Shown here piece by piece: positions 1 through 9,812 of a stretch of 64,000 nucleotides of DNA. The stretch is from positions 15,679-79,678 of the forward strand of contig JAQWOT010000186.1 in assembly GCA_029245725.1 (NCBI GenBank). Reading direction: 5' to 3'. Source of the stretch: SAR324 cluster bacterium. GTDB taxonomy: Bacteria > SAR324 > NAC60-12. Every line of letters begins with the position of its first letter. Position 1 is the stretch's first letter. Under the pieces are notes generated by a model that ran no database searches, was not told the origin of the DNA, and saw only the letters and a list, made by a program, of their open reading frames with translations. A program made the position numbers and the translations under genes.

Positions 1-197
1 TGCAGCACTCACCCATGTGGCGGTGTCTTCAGGAGAAAGCCTGGAGTGCTGGAATGTCTGAAACCTTTCTGAATGATCATCGCCGTTTACTTTCGGCCTT
101 GGAGCAGCGTGACGCACCACTTGCAAAAGCTGTCATGGGTGAACACCTACGCCAAGTGCGTGAACTCTACTTCCAACTACCCAACAGTGACCGGTGA
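1..197 (+). CDS. C-terminal fragment of a GntR/FadR-family transcriptional regulator (ligand-binding FCD domain); 5' end lies outside the window
   Basis: The reading frame is open to the window start. The helical C-terminal segment ...HRRLLSALEQRDAPLAKAVMGEHLRQVRELYF resembles FadR-type C-terminal domains. Confidence 0.35.
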   Translation, partial: QHSPMWRCLQEKAWSAGMSETFLNDHRRLLSALEQRDAPLAKAVMGEHLRQVRELYFQLPNSDR

Positions 198-279
198 ACG
201 CCTTTTTCCACTAGTTAGTAGCGGGTATAGGACTTGAATGAAGGCACCCCGAAGAATATCACTTACCCATCCCTGAAAA

Positions 280-305
280 GGCCACCTGAGGGTGGTCTTT
301 CCCCC
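280..305 (+). terminator. Candidate rho-independent terminator after the regulator fragment
   Basis: Hairpin GGCCACC-tgag-GGTGGTC followed by TTTCCCCC. Confidence 0.35.
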
Positions 306-322
306 TGCATCTGAACGGAGGC

Positions 323-1984
323 ATGGACGCCCTGCCGCGCTTTCTACAAAACCCGATCCGACTCAAACTGGTCCTGCTCTATTTTGGGATTGTCATGCTC
401 CTGCCCGGGCTTGGTGAAACCCCATTGGTGGACTGGGATGAGAACATCTACGCAGAAGCCAGCCGACAGATGGTGGAGCGGGACAACTATCTGAATATCT
501 ACATCAACGACTATCCCTTCGCGGAAAAGCCTCCTTTCTTTTTCTGGGAGCAGGCAGCCTCTTATCATCTTTGGGGAATCAACGAGTTTGCGGCTCGTTT
601 CCCATCAGTATTGGCTGGTCTGGTGATGGTGATCTTCTGCTTCGAAGTGGGTCGACGCATTCAGGATCAGTATCTTGGGACCATCTGGTCACTGGTCTAT
701 CTGACATCACTACTTCCGGGAGTCTTCGCTCGTAGTGCAGTCATCGACCACACCTTCAACGCCTTCATTGCAATCGCAGTCTTTTTTCTATATCGCTACG
801 ACCGCCAATATGAGGCGTGGTGTCAGCAGCCTGGAACAAGAACCCCACAACATCGACTTTCTCTACTGATTGCCAGTCTCTGCATGGGGATTGCGGTACT
901 GACCAAGGGGCCTTTGGGGGGAGTTATTCCGTTGATTGCTTTTGCAGGCTACAAGCTTCTGGTGGCTCCTCGTCGGACAGTTCCACTCATACATTTCTTC
1001 AGTTGTGGGCTCATCTCACTAGGTGTTGCTCTCTCCTGGTATTTGCTCAACTGGATCTTTTACGGAACAGAGTTTCTTCAGGGCTTCATTTGGTTCCAGT
1101 TGAGCCTCTTCAGCCGTCCGTTGGAAGGTCATGAGGGGCCCTTCTTCTACCATTGGTTGGTTGCTTTGATTGGACTATTCCCCTGGACCCCCTTCCTGTT
1201 TCTTCAGCCAAGACTTCTGTGGAAATCAGGAGAAGTACATGTACGATCGGTAGTGCGTCTTTCCGTGGTATGGATTCTCTTTGTGCTAGTTTTGTTTTCT
1301 CTGGTCAGTACGAAGCTACCTCACTACTCAGCCTCGATGTATCTTCCCCTGACGCTCCTAATTTCCCTTCAACTGCATGACCGTAAGTTTGAATTGCCTC
1401 GCTGGTCTTGCATTGTCCTTGGACTCTGGGGAGTGCTGCTGGCTGTGGGGCTTTGTGCAGTGCCTTTTTTGGCAGAGAGGTACTTGGCTGAAGTCAGCCC
1501 TGAGTTTAACCTGGAATGGTCTAGCGGTATCTATTGGACCAGCGGTGGAATGCTGTTGACCATGTTGCTGGGATCCCTACTGCTCTGGCGCCAACGTTTC
1601 TGGTATGGGCTTGGAGTCGTTGGACTAAGCATGATTTTTTGCGTTCAAGGTCTCTGGCGCTATCAGGTGCCGATGATCCAGAGTTATATCCAAACTCCAT
1701 TGGTCGAACTTGTACGGGAAGCCCGTCAGCAGCAGGCTAAGGTTGTGCTCTATCGCGTTGTCTCCTTTGCTGCTCTGTTCTATGGAGGAAAACCCATTGA
1801 AATGTTGCACACCTACAAATTTCCAAATGATCCAGAGATTCTCAATCTTCCAAATTCCACAGAGCTGGTGATTATCACAGAGCGCCGCATGGAGGATAGC
1901 CTGCGTAAGGATCACCCACGGGTCCAGTTCGTCAAGCACTCCGGTAATTTTGCGTTTTATCACATCCCAGTTGATTCCCCTTAA
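323..1984 (+). CDS. Family-39 polytopic membrane glycosyltransferase (ArnT/PMT-like)
   Basis: 553 aa with many transmembrane segments. An N-terminal periplasmic-loop motif WDENIYAE and the overall topology are typical of the ArnT/PMT_2 family. Confidence 0.65.
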   Translation: MDALPRFLQNPIRLKLVLLYFGIVMLLPGLGETPLVDWDENIYAEASRQMVERDNYLNIYINDYPFAEKPPFFFWEQAASYHLWGINEFAARFPSVLAGLVMVIFCFEVGRRIQDQYLGTIWSLVYLTSLLPGVFARSAVIDHTFNAFIAIAVFFLYRYDRQYEAWCQQPGTRTPQHRLSLLIASLCMGIAVLTKGPLGGVIPLIAFAGYKLLVAPRRTVPLIHFFSCGLISLGVALSWYLLNWIFYGTEFLQGFIWFQLSLFSRPLEGHEGPFFYHWLVALIGLFPWTPFLFLQPRLLWKSGEVHVRSVVRLSVVWILFVLVLFSLVSTKLPHYSASMYLPLTLLISLQLHDRKFELPRWSCIVLGLWGVLLAVGLCAVPFLAERYLAEVSPEFNLEWSSGIYWTSGGMLLTMLLGSLLLWRQRFWYGLGVVGLSMIFCVQGLWRYQVPMIQSYIQTPLVELVREARQQQAKVVLYRVVSFAALFYGGKPIEMLHTYKFPNDPEILNLPNSTELVIITERRMEDSLRKDHPRVQFVKHSGNFAFYHIPVDSP

Positions 1985-2098
1985 GTCCTCCCTCGCTTTC
2001 GGTTTGAGCTTCTGACCTCTTTTCGATAAGATTGATTTTGTAATTCCTGCTTCGTCATTAGCAGGATTGCTCTCCCCCAACAGATCAGAAAAGGTTCG

Positions 2099-3100
2099 AT
2101 GTCGCAGGTCGTGGCAATTGCTGGTGCAACTGGCGCCGTAGGTACAGAGTTCATAAAGCTGCTGGAACAGCGCAACTATCCGCTTCAGAAACTCAAATTG
2201 CTGGCATCAGCACGTTCGGTGGGCAAGCAATTGCGCTTTCGAGACCAGACTCTGACGGTCGAAGAGTTGCGACCAGAGGCTTTTCAAGATGTTGACGTTG
2301 CATTTTTTTCAGCAGGCGGGGGCCGCAGCAAAGAATTTGCTCCAGCAGCGGTAGAAGCGGGTGCACTGGTCATTGATAACAGCAGTGCCTTTCGTATGGA
2401 GGAAGGAGTGCCCCTGGTCGTGCCAGAGATCAATGCAGAGGCAGCCCGAAGACACAAGGGGTTGATTGCCAATCCGAACTGTTCAACGATCCAGATGGTA
2501 GTAGCTTTGAACCCACTGCATCAGGAGTCACCTTTACAGCGAGTTGTCGTCTCCACCTATCAAGCCGTCTCTGGAGCGGGTGCCAGTGGCATGCAGGAGC
2601 TGTTGGACCAAGTCCGCGACTACACCCAAGGCAAACCTCTAGCACCCCAAGCCTTTCCCAAGCAAATTCTCTTCAACCTGATCCCTCACATCGATGTCTT
2701 CCAGGAAAATGGCTACACTAAGGAAGAGATGAAGATGGTATTGGAGACGCGCAAGATCATGTCAATCCCTGAGCTCCCGATTTCAGCGACCTGTGTTCGA
2801 GTTCCGGTGCTGCGAGCCCACTCGGAGTCCATTTGGGTTGAGACGGAGACCAAGATTTCAGAGATACGAGCAAGGGAACTATTTGTCCAAGCGCCAGGAA
2901 TTCAGTTGGTAGACGAACGAAAGCCTGGGGGGTACCCTGTGCCATGGGAAGCCAGCGAAACATTTGACACTTACGTTGGCCGAGTGCGAGAAGATCTATC
3001 ACACCCACGCGGATTGACCTTCTGGTGTGTAGCGGACCAACTCTACAAAGGAGCAGCTTTGAACGCAATTCAGATCGCTGAGGTTCTGCTGGAAAGCTGA
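2099..3100 (+). CDS. asd: Aspartate-semialdehyde dehydrogenase
   Basis: N-terminal NAD fold AIAGATGAVG and the active-site segment NPNCSTIQ. The 333-aa length matches the short Asd type. Confidence 0.9.
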   Translation: MSQVVAIAGATGAVGTEFIKLLEQRNYPLQKLKLLASARSVGKQLRFRDQTLTVEELRPEAFQDVDVAFFSAGGGRSKEFAPAAVEAGALVIDNSSAFRMEEGVPLVVPEINAEAARRHKGLIANPNCSTIQMVVALNPLHQESPLQRVVVSTYQAVSGAGASGMQELLDQVRDYTQGKPLAPQAFPKQILFNLIPHIDVFQENGYTKEEMKMVLETRKIMSIPELPISATCVRVPVLRAHSESIWVETETKISEIRARELFVQAPGIQLVDERKPGGYPVPWEASETFDTYVGRVREDLSHPRGLTFWCVADQLYKGAALNAIQIAEVLLES

Positions 3101-3341
3101 ATCTAGAATAGGCTACTTGAACCAAGATGGTAAACGACCACACTACAACCAAATCCTGGCTTGGTTGACGAATGAATTTGAGCGCCGACCATTGGAGGAA
3201 TGTGATTTCTGTCACCTACTTCAGGAACTTCAGGAACATTTGAATTCTACTGAAGAGGAGTTACTTCGTCATGGCTTTCGCAGAGCATATCGCCAGTTGG
3301 TGGAGGGTGTTTGAGATTTTGAGTTGGAGAGCGCTGTGCCC

Positions 3342-3680
3342 ATGAATTTGCTTCTAGTGATTATCGGAGGGTTCTCACTCTTCGTTGGTTTCCTCGGAGT
3401 GTTCGCAATAATGCGCAGTGACTCAGAAGACGAGGAGTACATTCCCAAACGTTGGTTTGTTGGAGTGTGCGCAGACGTTGCTAGAATCTTGAGGGTCCAC
3501 GTTGCCCTGGTGCGACTGTTGGTCATCATCTACACTCCCTTTGTTGTTGGACTCCTCTTCTATATAGTTTACTCCATACTCCTAAAGCGACGACGGCAGC
3601 GGGAAGCTGAAGTAGCTGACCAGCAGCCAGAACGTCCTCCTGCCACGATCACCAAGATTGATAGCATCCACTACGACTGA
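3342..3680 (+). CDS. PspC-domain membrane protein
   Basis: Transmembrane N-terminus followed by a PspC-like motif KRWFVGVCADVARILRVHVALVRLLVIIY and a second hydrophobic helix. ATG start chosen at 3342. Confidence 0.45.
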   Translation: MNLLLVIIGGFSLFVGFLGVFAIMRSDSEDEEYIPKRWFVGVCADVARILRVHVALVRLLVIIYTPFVVGLLFYIVYSILLKRRRQREAEVADQQPERPPATITKIDSIHYD

Positions 3681-4476
3681 GTCTCATTTTCGATCAGCCC
3701 TGGCTCTGGTCACCCGTGAAGAACCCATGAATGGACCATTGTCTCAGGCTCTGCAATCAGTAGGAATTCGAGTTTGCCACCACCCAGTCTTGGTTACAGC
3801 GCCCCCTCCTTCTTGGAAAGTATTTGATGCTGCTTGGCATCAGCGGCAGCAGGTGGATTGGGTTGGTTTCACCAGCCAGCGGGCTGTTCGAGGGTTTTCT
3901 CAGCGCTTGGCAACACTTGGTGGGAATTTAGCTGAACTGTCTCACTGCAAAATTGCTTGCATAGGACCCTCAACAGCAGAGGCTTGGGTAGCTTTGGGAG
4001 GTCAGCCGCCGTTGGTTCCAGAGGTTTTCCACGCTGAGGCCCTGGGAGCAGCGATACTACAAACAGGTATAGCCTCCGGTCATTGTTGTTGGTTACCGCA
4101 GGCACTGCAGGTCCGTGAAGTCCTAGGGGTACTTCTCCGAGAAGCTGGCATCAAGGTACTAGCAACGCCAACATATCAGATTCTTCCGGCTCCCTCTGCA
4201 GCTTCACGAGCCTGGAGAGAAATCCTTGAACAGGGTGTTGATTGGATCACCTTCGCTAGCCCTTCTGCAGTAGAACACTGGTTTGACCGGCTACCCCCGA
4301 GAGAGTGGTTACAGTTGATGCAACGTCCAAGAATTGCTTGCATCGGCCCATCGACCGCAGTGGCTGTCCGCGAACTGTCTCTGTCAGTAGATGTGACCGC
4401 TACTTCGCATAATTTCGCTGGTCTGGCTGATGCGATTGTGCACTTTCCCAAAGATCAAAACACCCCAGTTAGCTGA
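3658..4476 (+). CDS. hemD: Uroporphyrinogen-III synthase
   Basis: Two-lobed repeat pattern: LVTREEP, then VGFTSQRAV ... IACIGPSTA, then ITFASPSAV ... IACIGPSTA, which is characteristic of HemD. The start overlaps the preceding gene by about 23 nt. Confidence 0.6.
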   Translation: MIASTTTESHFRSALALVTREEPMNGPLSQALQSVGIRVCHHPVLVTAPPPSWKVFDAAWHQRQQVDWVGFTSQRAVRGFSQRLATLGGNLAELSHCKIACIGPSTAEAWVALGGQPPLVPEVFHAEALGAAILQTGIASGHCCWLPQALQVREVLGVLLREAGIKVLATPTYQILPAPSAASRAWREILEQGVDWITFASPSAVEHWFDRLPPREWLQLMQRPRIACIGPSTAVAVRELSLSVDVTATSHNFAGLADAIVHFPKDQNTPVS

Positions 4477-4482
4477 AAGAGC

Positions 4483-5655
4483 ATGAATCGACAATTACTG
4501 TTGAGTTTTCAAGGACCTCATCACCCTGAAATTCTGTCGCGTCTCGGTGTACTGCTCGATAGCTGGCCTGTGCGGTTGCTGGATCTACATGGTCTGGAAC
4601 AGGATCAGATTTTCTCTGGCTTATGGCAGCTGGAGTGGATCAGTGAACAAGATCCACAACTGATGGAAAAGAGTTTGTGCTCCCTGATGCAGGAATTTGA
4701 CATGCAGTTCCGGCTCAGCCAAAGCGAGTCTCAGCCCAAAAGAGAACAGAAATTCATCCTGACTCTACTTGGTGAGCACCTGAGTACGAGCTTATTGGCG
4801 CAACTTCTACAACGCCTTCAGCAGGAAGAGTTGCTCGTCCATGGGCTTCAGCCACTGGAGAGTCAGCATCTGCGTGTTCTGGAGCTACAATTATGGACAC
4901 ATCAGCCGCTGGATCGACCACGCCTGCTCCGGGATTTACTGCCGTTGCATCAGCAACATCACGTGGATTTTGCCCTGCAACCTGAATCGCTGTTTCGGCG
5001 GCATAAGCGGCTGATTGTATTTGATGCAGACATGACGTTCATCCAGTGTGAGATTATCAATGAGATGAGTCAGCTAGTTGGTTGTGAGGCAGAAGTAAAA
5101 GTGCTGACCGAGGCAGCCATGCGTGGTGAGTTGGATTTTGAGGAGGCCTTGCGGGCCCGGGTGCGGCTGCTGAAAGGCCTTCATCGAGACGATTTGCAGT
5201 CCTTGCTTCGTCAGCTACCCTATACTCCAGGCGTACGGCGTCTAGTGCATGTACTGAAGCAACTTGGCTACAAGCTAGCGCTGCTCAGTGGTGGATTCCA
5301 ACTGTTTGTTGATTATATTTGTGAGGAGTTTCACCTCGATTATGGTTTCGCCAACTCATTGGAATGGCAGGATGGTCGGTTGACTGGAGAACTGCTGGGG
5401 GAGATTGTCGATGGTCAGCGCAAGGCGCAGTTGCTGCAGGAAATTGCTGCGTGTGAAGGCATTGTCCCTGAGCAGGTTGTAGCGATTGGTGACGGTGCGA
5501 ATGATGTGCAGATGTTGGCGATAGCCGGTCTGGGAATCGCCTTCAATGCTAAGCCAGTATTGCAGGAACAGGCCAGTGGCCAGCTCAATCAGCCTAATCT
5601 GGATGCACTACTCTACTTCCTTGGCCTCTCTGGACAGGAGCTGGCGAATTGCTGA
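4483..5655 (+). CDS. serB: Phosphoserine phosphatase with an N-terminal regulatory (ACT-like) extension
   Basis: HAD-superfamily motif I FDADMT and motif IV GDGANDVQML, plus the C-terminal AIAGLGIAFNAKPVL segment typical of SerB. Confidence 0.85.
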   Translation: MNRQLLLSFQGPHHPEILSRLGVLLDSWPVRLLDLHGLEQDQIFSGLWQLEWISEQDPQLMEKSLCSLMQEFDMQFRLSQSESQPKREQKFILTLLGEHLSTSLLAQLLQRLQQEELLVHGLQPLESQHLRVLELQLWTHQPLDRPRLLRDLLPLHQQHHVDFALQPESLFRRHKRLIVFDADMTFIQCEIINEMSQLVGCEAEVKVLTEAAMRGELDFEEALRARVRLLKGLHRDDLQSLLRQLPYTPGVRRLVHVLKQLGYKLALLSGGFQLFVDYICEEFHLDYGFANSLEWQDGRLTGELLGEIVDGQRKAQLLQEIAACEGIVPEQVVAIGDGANDVQMLAIAGLGIAFNAKPVLQEQASGQLNQPNLDALLYFLGLSGQELANC

Positions 5656-5682
5656 AAAGCTTTTCCAACTTCAGGATTCTTC

Positions 5683-6129
5683 ATGTGGTTCTCAGGACGA
5701 ATTATGTACGCTTCTTTCTCTCTGCTACTAGGTTTCTCGATCATTGGCTGTACAGGGAACCGGCCTACTGATTTAGGTTTGAAAGATGGCTATCTACGCC
5801 CTTGTCCATCTTCTCTGAACTGTGTCAACAGCATGGGTAATGAAGATGAAACACACCGAATCGAACCTTTTCGTGGTGTTTCGCTTGCGGAATTACGAGA
5901 ACTACTTCAGAACGAGGAGCGTGTCGAAATCGTAACAGATCGTGAAAACTATCTGCATGTGGAATTCACGAGCCTCATCATGAGATTCGTTGACGATGTG
6001 GAGTTCTTTTCAGTTGCAGAGGAACAGGTGATTCATGTACGTTCGGCTTCGCGCTTGGGTCGCTCTGATTTGGGAGCCAACCGTCGTCGGGTGGAAGGAT
6101 TGCGCATGAAGCTGTTGGGAGGCAAGTGA
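5683..6129 (+). CDS. Small lipoprotein (DUF1499-like)
   Basis: Signal peptide with a lipobox, LLGFSIIGC. About 140 aa. Confidence 0.45.
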   Translation: MWFSGRIMYASFSLLLGFSIIGCTGNRPTDLGLKDGYLRPCPSSLNCVNSMGNEDETHRIEPFRGVSLAELRELLQNEERVEIVTDRENYLHVEFTSLIMRFVDDVEFFSVAEEQVIHVRSASRLGRSDLGANRRRVEGLRMKLLGGK

Positions 6130-7031
6130 TGGTTCGTTTTGAAAAGGAGACCGTACCGGTTCACCAAACTGCAAGTGGTGCATGCTATGAAATCGATGTG
6201 TATCGCTATGGTCCCCCCAACCCTACAGAGACCGTATATCTGCAGGGTGGCTTGCATGGTATTGAACTGACGGGCATCCCTGTTCTTTACGAGTTCATGA
6301 AGCTGGTTGAAGAGGCTCAGTTGCCTCATCGGATCATCTGTGTACCGCAGTCGAATCCAATGGGACTGGATAGTCAGGTCATGGGGGTACAGACAGGCTA
6401 TAATAACCTGCACACCAATCAGCAAAACTGTTGGAACTGGAACAGAATTGGACAATTACGAGGTGATGGTAGCCAGGAAGGAGAATGGGTAGAACTATTG
6501 CTGAACCTGACCGAGCCAGCAGATACTGTTCTGGATCTGCATACTGCGGGTGCTGAGACAGCGCCACATGTTTATGCCCATGTAAGCCAGGTCAAGCAGG
6601 CTCAGTGCTTGGGATTGCCACATATTTTGGCTTGGGAACAGCATTCCACCAGCTTCTGTGATACCTGTCAGCAACTTGGCAAGGTTGCACTTACCTTGGA
6701 ATTGTCTGCAAGCCGTGCGATTAATGGTGAAGACATAGAGCGTGGAATTCAAGCCTTGCAGCGATATTTCGGTATGTTACCCAAGGCCCCAGCAGCTCGA
6801 GTCTGGTCGATTCGTGGACACCTCAAACGCTGGCTGTCACCGAGTGGGGGTGTGCTGACCTGGCATCGGCGAGCTGGAGAGTACATCCAACAAGGAGAAC
6901 CACTGGCTACATTATACACTCGACAGGGTAAGCAGGAACTAGCCTCACCCTACAGTGGTTTGTTATTGTTGAAGAATCCAACTCATGCACCTCATGAGCG
7001 TCAGGAGTTAGCTAAGTTCTTGTTGGAGTAG
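6126..7031 (+). CDS. Succinylglutamate desuccinylase/aspartoacylase (AstE/AspA) family zinc hydrolase
   Basis: Zinc-ligand motif GGLHGIELTG (His/Glu) and a downstream DLHTAG His. The start overlaps the upstream gene by 4 nt (ATGA). Confidence 0.65.
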   Translation: MMVRFEKETVPVHQTASGACYEIDVYRYGPPNPTETVYLQGGLHGIELTGIPVLYEFMKLVEEAQLPHRIICVPQSNPMGLDSQVMGVQTGYNNLHTNQQNCWNWNRIGQLRGDGSQEGEWVELLLNLTEPADTVLDLHTAGAETAPHVYAHVSQVKQAQCLGLPHILAWEQHSTSFCDTCQQLGKVALTLELSASRAINGEDIERGIQALQRYFGMLPKAPAARVWSIRGHLKRWLSPSGGVLTWHRRAGEYIQQGEPLATLYTRQGKQELASPYSGLLLLKNPTHAPHERQELAKFLLE

Positions 7032-7041
7032 GCTGGATTCA

Positions 7042-7962
7042 ATGAGTGAGTTGATACCTTCCAAGCGGGAGATCCGACAGCGTGTAGAGTATGGAGCCCT
7101 TGTTTTAGCCCAACGATTGGCCGTACTCACCCGAAAACCTCAATTGGGATGGTGGGAACATGGTTTTGCCAAGCTGACCTACCAACGACTGAAGATTTAT
7201 CGGAAGGTGGTTGAACCGAATCTGCGTATTGCCTTTGCGAATTGGGCTGAAGAGGACCGTGTTCAACTTGCTTATGACAACTATCGATGGTTTGCACGAT
7301 TTACGCTGGACTTGTTGCGTATGTCCGACTGGATTGGACGGACAGAGAGCATCTGTGAGGTGCGCAATCCAGAGATTTTGTGCGAGGCATTGGCAGAGGA
7401 GCGAGGTGTAATTCTAGCGTCAGGTCATTTTGGTAACTGGGAGATCATCTGCCCTCGGTTGGCTGAAGCTGGCTTTCCAGTGTCACTCTATGTTGGTGCT
7501 CAGACCAATCCAAGCTCCGATGACAACCAGAACACGTTGCGTGCTAGTTTTGGAGTGGAGACGATTGGTCGTAGCCGTCAGGCGCCATTGCGCATCCGTC
7601 GTGCACTAGAGAACAATCGGGCCATCACTATCATTGTTGACCAGAATGACAACAAATCCGATCTCTTTGTCGATTTTTTTGGTAAGGCAGCCTCGATGAG
7701 CAAAGGGCTCGGAAGCTTCCATTATCTTAAACAAAGTCCGGTTCTTTTCACTACCTGTACCTACCAAGGTGATCGCTGTTTGCTTGAGTTCCAACGGTTG
7801 GAATGTCCACACAGCGGCGATAAGGAAAGAGACCTGCAACAGACGTCGCAGGCCTTCACCACCGCAATGGAGGCGGCGATTCGTCGTCATCCAGAGCAGT
7901 ACTTCTGGATGCACCGTCGTTGGCGCAAGCGTCCGGCGTATGATCCGCAACCTGTCTACTAA
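7042..7962 (+). CDS. Lysophospholipid/lipid-A acyltransferase family protein (LpxL/HtrB-like)
   Basis: 306 aa. The HFGNWE acyltransferase motif (SGHFGNWEI) and an N-terminal membrane anchor are typical of Kdo2-lipid IVA late acyltransferases. Confidence 0.7.
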   Translation: MSELIPSKREIRQRVEYGALVLAQRLAVLTRKPQLGWWEHGFAKLTYQRLKIYRKVVEPNLRIAFANWAEEDRVQLAYDNYRWFARFTLDLLRMSDWIGRTESICEVRNPEILCEALAEERGVILASGHFGNWEIICPRLAEAGFPVSLYVGAQTNPSSDDNQNTLRASFGVETIGRSRQAPLRIRRALENNRAITIIVDQNDNKSDLFVDFFGKAASMSKGLGSFHYLKQSPVLFTTCTYQGDRCLLEFQRLECPHSGDKERDLQQTSQAFTTAMEAAIRRHPEQYFWMHRRWRKRPAYDPQPVY

Positions 7963-7974
7963 GGGAGACCAGCA

Positions 7975-8880
7975 ATGGGCAAGAAAGCTGACAAGAAGAA
8001 GGAACAACGGGGACAACAAGACGTTGCAAAGGTGGTTAAGAAGGCAGATACACCCCCTACGGTAGAAGAAGTTCCTCGTATGGATGTACATATTAAGCAT
8101 GAGAGATTAAACAAGTCTTTCTACGAGTCAGAGTTGGTGAGACTACAACTTGAGTTGGTTAAGTGGCAGACTTGGATCAAGCAGAAGGGACTCAAGGTTG
8201 TCATGTTATTTGAGGGGCGTGATGCAGCTGGTAAAGGTGGTGTGATCAAGCGCATTACCGAACCACTGAATCCACGGGGCTGTCGGGTGGTAGCGTTGGG
8301 AACACCGACGGAGAAGGAAAAGACACAATGGTACTTTCAGCGCTATGTGCGTGAGTTACCGGCTGCAGGAGAGATTGTTATCTTTGATCGCAGTTGGTAT
8401 AACCGGGCTGGTGTTGAGCGGGTAATGGGCTTTTGTACCGATGAGCAGTACGAAGAGTTTCAGCGCAGTTGTCCAGAGTTTGAGCGAATGCTGATCCGCT
8501 CTGGAATTACTCTGCTCAAGTATTGGTTCTCAGTCAGTGATGAAGAACAAGAGCGACGCTTTCATGATCGAGCCAAAGATCCGGGCAAGCGCTGGAAACT
8601 GAGCCCAATGGATATGGAGTCAATCTCTCGCTGGGTCGAGTATTCCAAGGCCAAGGATACGATGCTCAACTTCTCAAATATTCCAGAAGCTCCTTGGTTT
8701 GGAGTAGAGGGTGATGATAAACGCCGTGCTCGACTCAATTGTATTCATCATGTCCTGAGCAAAGTGGATTACAAAGATGTCCTGCCATCTGTAATCAAGG
8801 TTCCAGAGAGACCGCCGCTACCGAAGGATTATCAGCGTCCTCCACGAGAGGAGCAATTTCATGTACCAGAGGTGTACTAG
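7975..8880 (+). CDS. ppk2: Polyphosphate kinase 2 (single-domain PPK2)
   Basis: Walker A motif EGRDAAGKGG, a lid region and a length of about 300 aa typical of the PPK2 family. Confidence 0.85.
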   Translation: MGKKADKKKEQRGQQDVAKVVKKADTPPTVEEVPRMDVHIKHERLNKSFYESELVRLQLELVKWQTWIKQKGLKVVMLFEGRDAAGKGGVIKRITEPLNPRGCRVVALGTPTEKEKTQWYFQRYVRELPAAGEIVIFDRSWYNRAGVERVMGFCTDEQYEEFQRSCPEFERMLIRSGITLLKYWFSVSDEEQERRFHDRAKDPGKRWKLSPMDMESISRWVEYSKAKDTMLNFSNIPEAPWFGVEGDDKRRARLNCIHHVLSKVDYKDVLPSVIKVPERPPLPKDYQRPPREEQFHVPEVY

Positions 8881-8911
8881 GGTCCTGTTGGACCTCTGTT
8901 GGGTTTGTTGG
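8881..8911 (+). terminator. Candidate intrinsic terminator after ppk2
   Basis: GGTCC-tgtt-GGACC hairpin directly after the stop codon, followed by a T-rich run, TCTGTTGGGTTTGTTGG. Confidence 0.35.
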
Positions 8912-9224
8912 TCGGGGACAGAGATGTTCCTGACCTTCACATTGCTGTCTGCTAGGAATACTGTGGGAATATAGAACAGTTAGTACAATTAAGTCGCCAG
9001 TCGACAAAATAGAAAAAGTGCTAACCCATAGGTCAGAGCAATTTTGTCTGATGAGATTGAGACAAAAATATTTCTTTGAAAAAAGCTACGTAATTCAGAT
9101 CAAGTTGATTTTAACACATTCTAAAAAATCAGTCACAAAACCAAGGGAAAGGTGATCTGCGAAAAGTCTGTTGATGGAATGGGCTCGGAGTCTAGCAGAG
9201 CTTTAAAACAAATATTCAGGATCA

Positions 9225-9767
9225 ATGAGAGGTAACATGGTTATAAAGATTAAGTGCTTCGTCTGCGATGGCCTGACATTAGATGATCTGGAATGTCGGA
9301 TTTGCGAAGGCAAGGGACAAATTGAGAGCTTGTTGAAACTCAGTGTTGAGGACTTGAAAATCTGGGCAGAACGGTTGCAGCAGCAGCAACAAGAACTGGA
9401 TGCCCAACACCATGAAATCCATGAGATGGAAAATCGTCTAGTGCAGCGCGAGGAGAAAATTCAAAACAAGGAAGAGGAATTGGAGCGCATGAGAGCGGAT
9501 CTGGATAACTCTCTGGACGCCTATGAACTCTACAATGACAAGTACAAGGAGTTGAACGACCACTACTTGTCGAAGGTTAGAAAATTACAGTCTGAGATGA
9601 GTAAAAGAAACGAGGAATTTCAGCAGTTGAGCAGACAGATCACCAACTCCGGAGCGCCCAGCAGTGATCAGGACCAAGCAGCGATTATGCGAGAATTAGT
9701 CGTTTCACTGAGCAAACTGATTACCGAACTTGAAAAGAAAGAAGATTTTCTACTCCCTCCCCAATGA
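9225..9767 (+). CDS. Zinc-ribbon (CxxC...CxxC) plus coiled-coil protein in an AT-rich patch
   Basis: N-terminal CFVCDG...CRICEG zinc ribbon followed by a heptad-rich Q/E/K segment of about 150 aa. Local GC is lower than the flanks. Confidence 0.45.
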   Translation: MRGNMVIKIKCFVCDGLTLDDLECRICEGKGQIESLLKLSVEDLKIWAERLQQQQQELDAQHHEIHEMENRLVQREEKIQNKEEELERMRADLDNSLDAYELYNDKYKELNDHYLSKVRKLQSEMSKRNEEFQQLSRQITNSGAPSSDQDQAAIMRELVVSLSKLITELEKKEDFLLPPQ

Positions 9768-9812
9768 GTTTATAGTGCATTCGATGCACTAAGTGTCACA
9801 TTGTTATTCCAT

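Noticed and set aside
3117-3680. A 65-aa ORF (TTG start) in frame with the PspC-domain gene across a single TGA, giving a possible selenocysteine readthrough
   Set aside because: There is no Cys or redox motif near the UGA and no SECIS-like hairpin. The upstream ORF has only a TTG start and no ribosome-binding site. It is more likely that there is 240 bp of non-coding DNA and that the gene starts at ATG 3342.
9044-9065. CTGATGAG core resembling a hammerhead-ribozyme motif within a small hairpin (TTGTC...GACAA)
   Set aside because: There is no properly placed GAAA, and no stems I, II or III. It is a 5-bp stem with a 12-nt loop in AT-rich DNA, most likely by chance.
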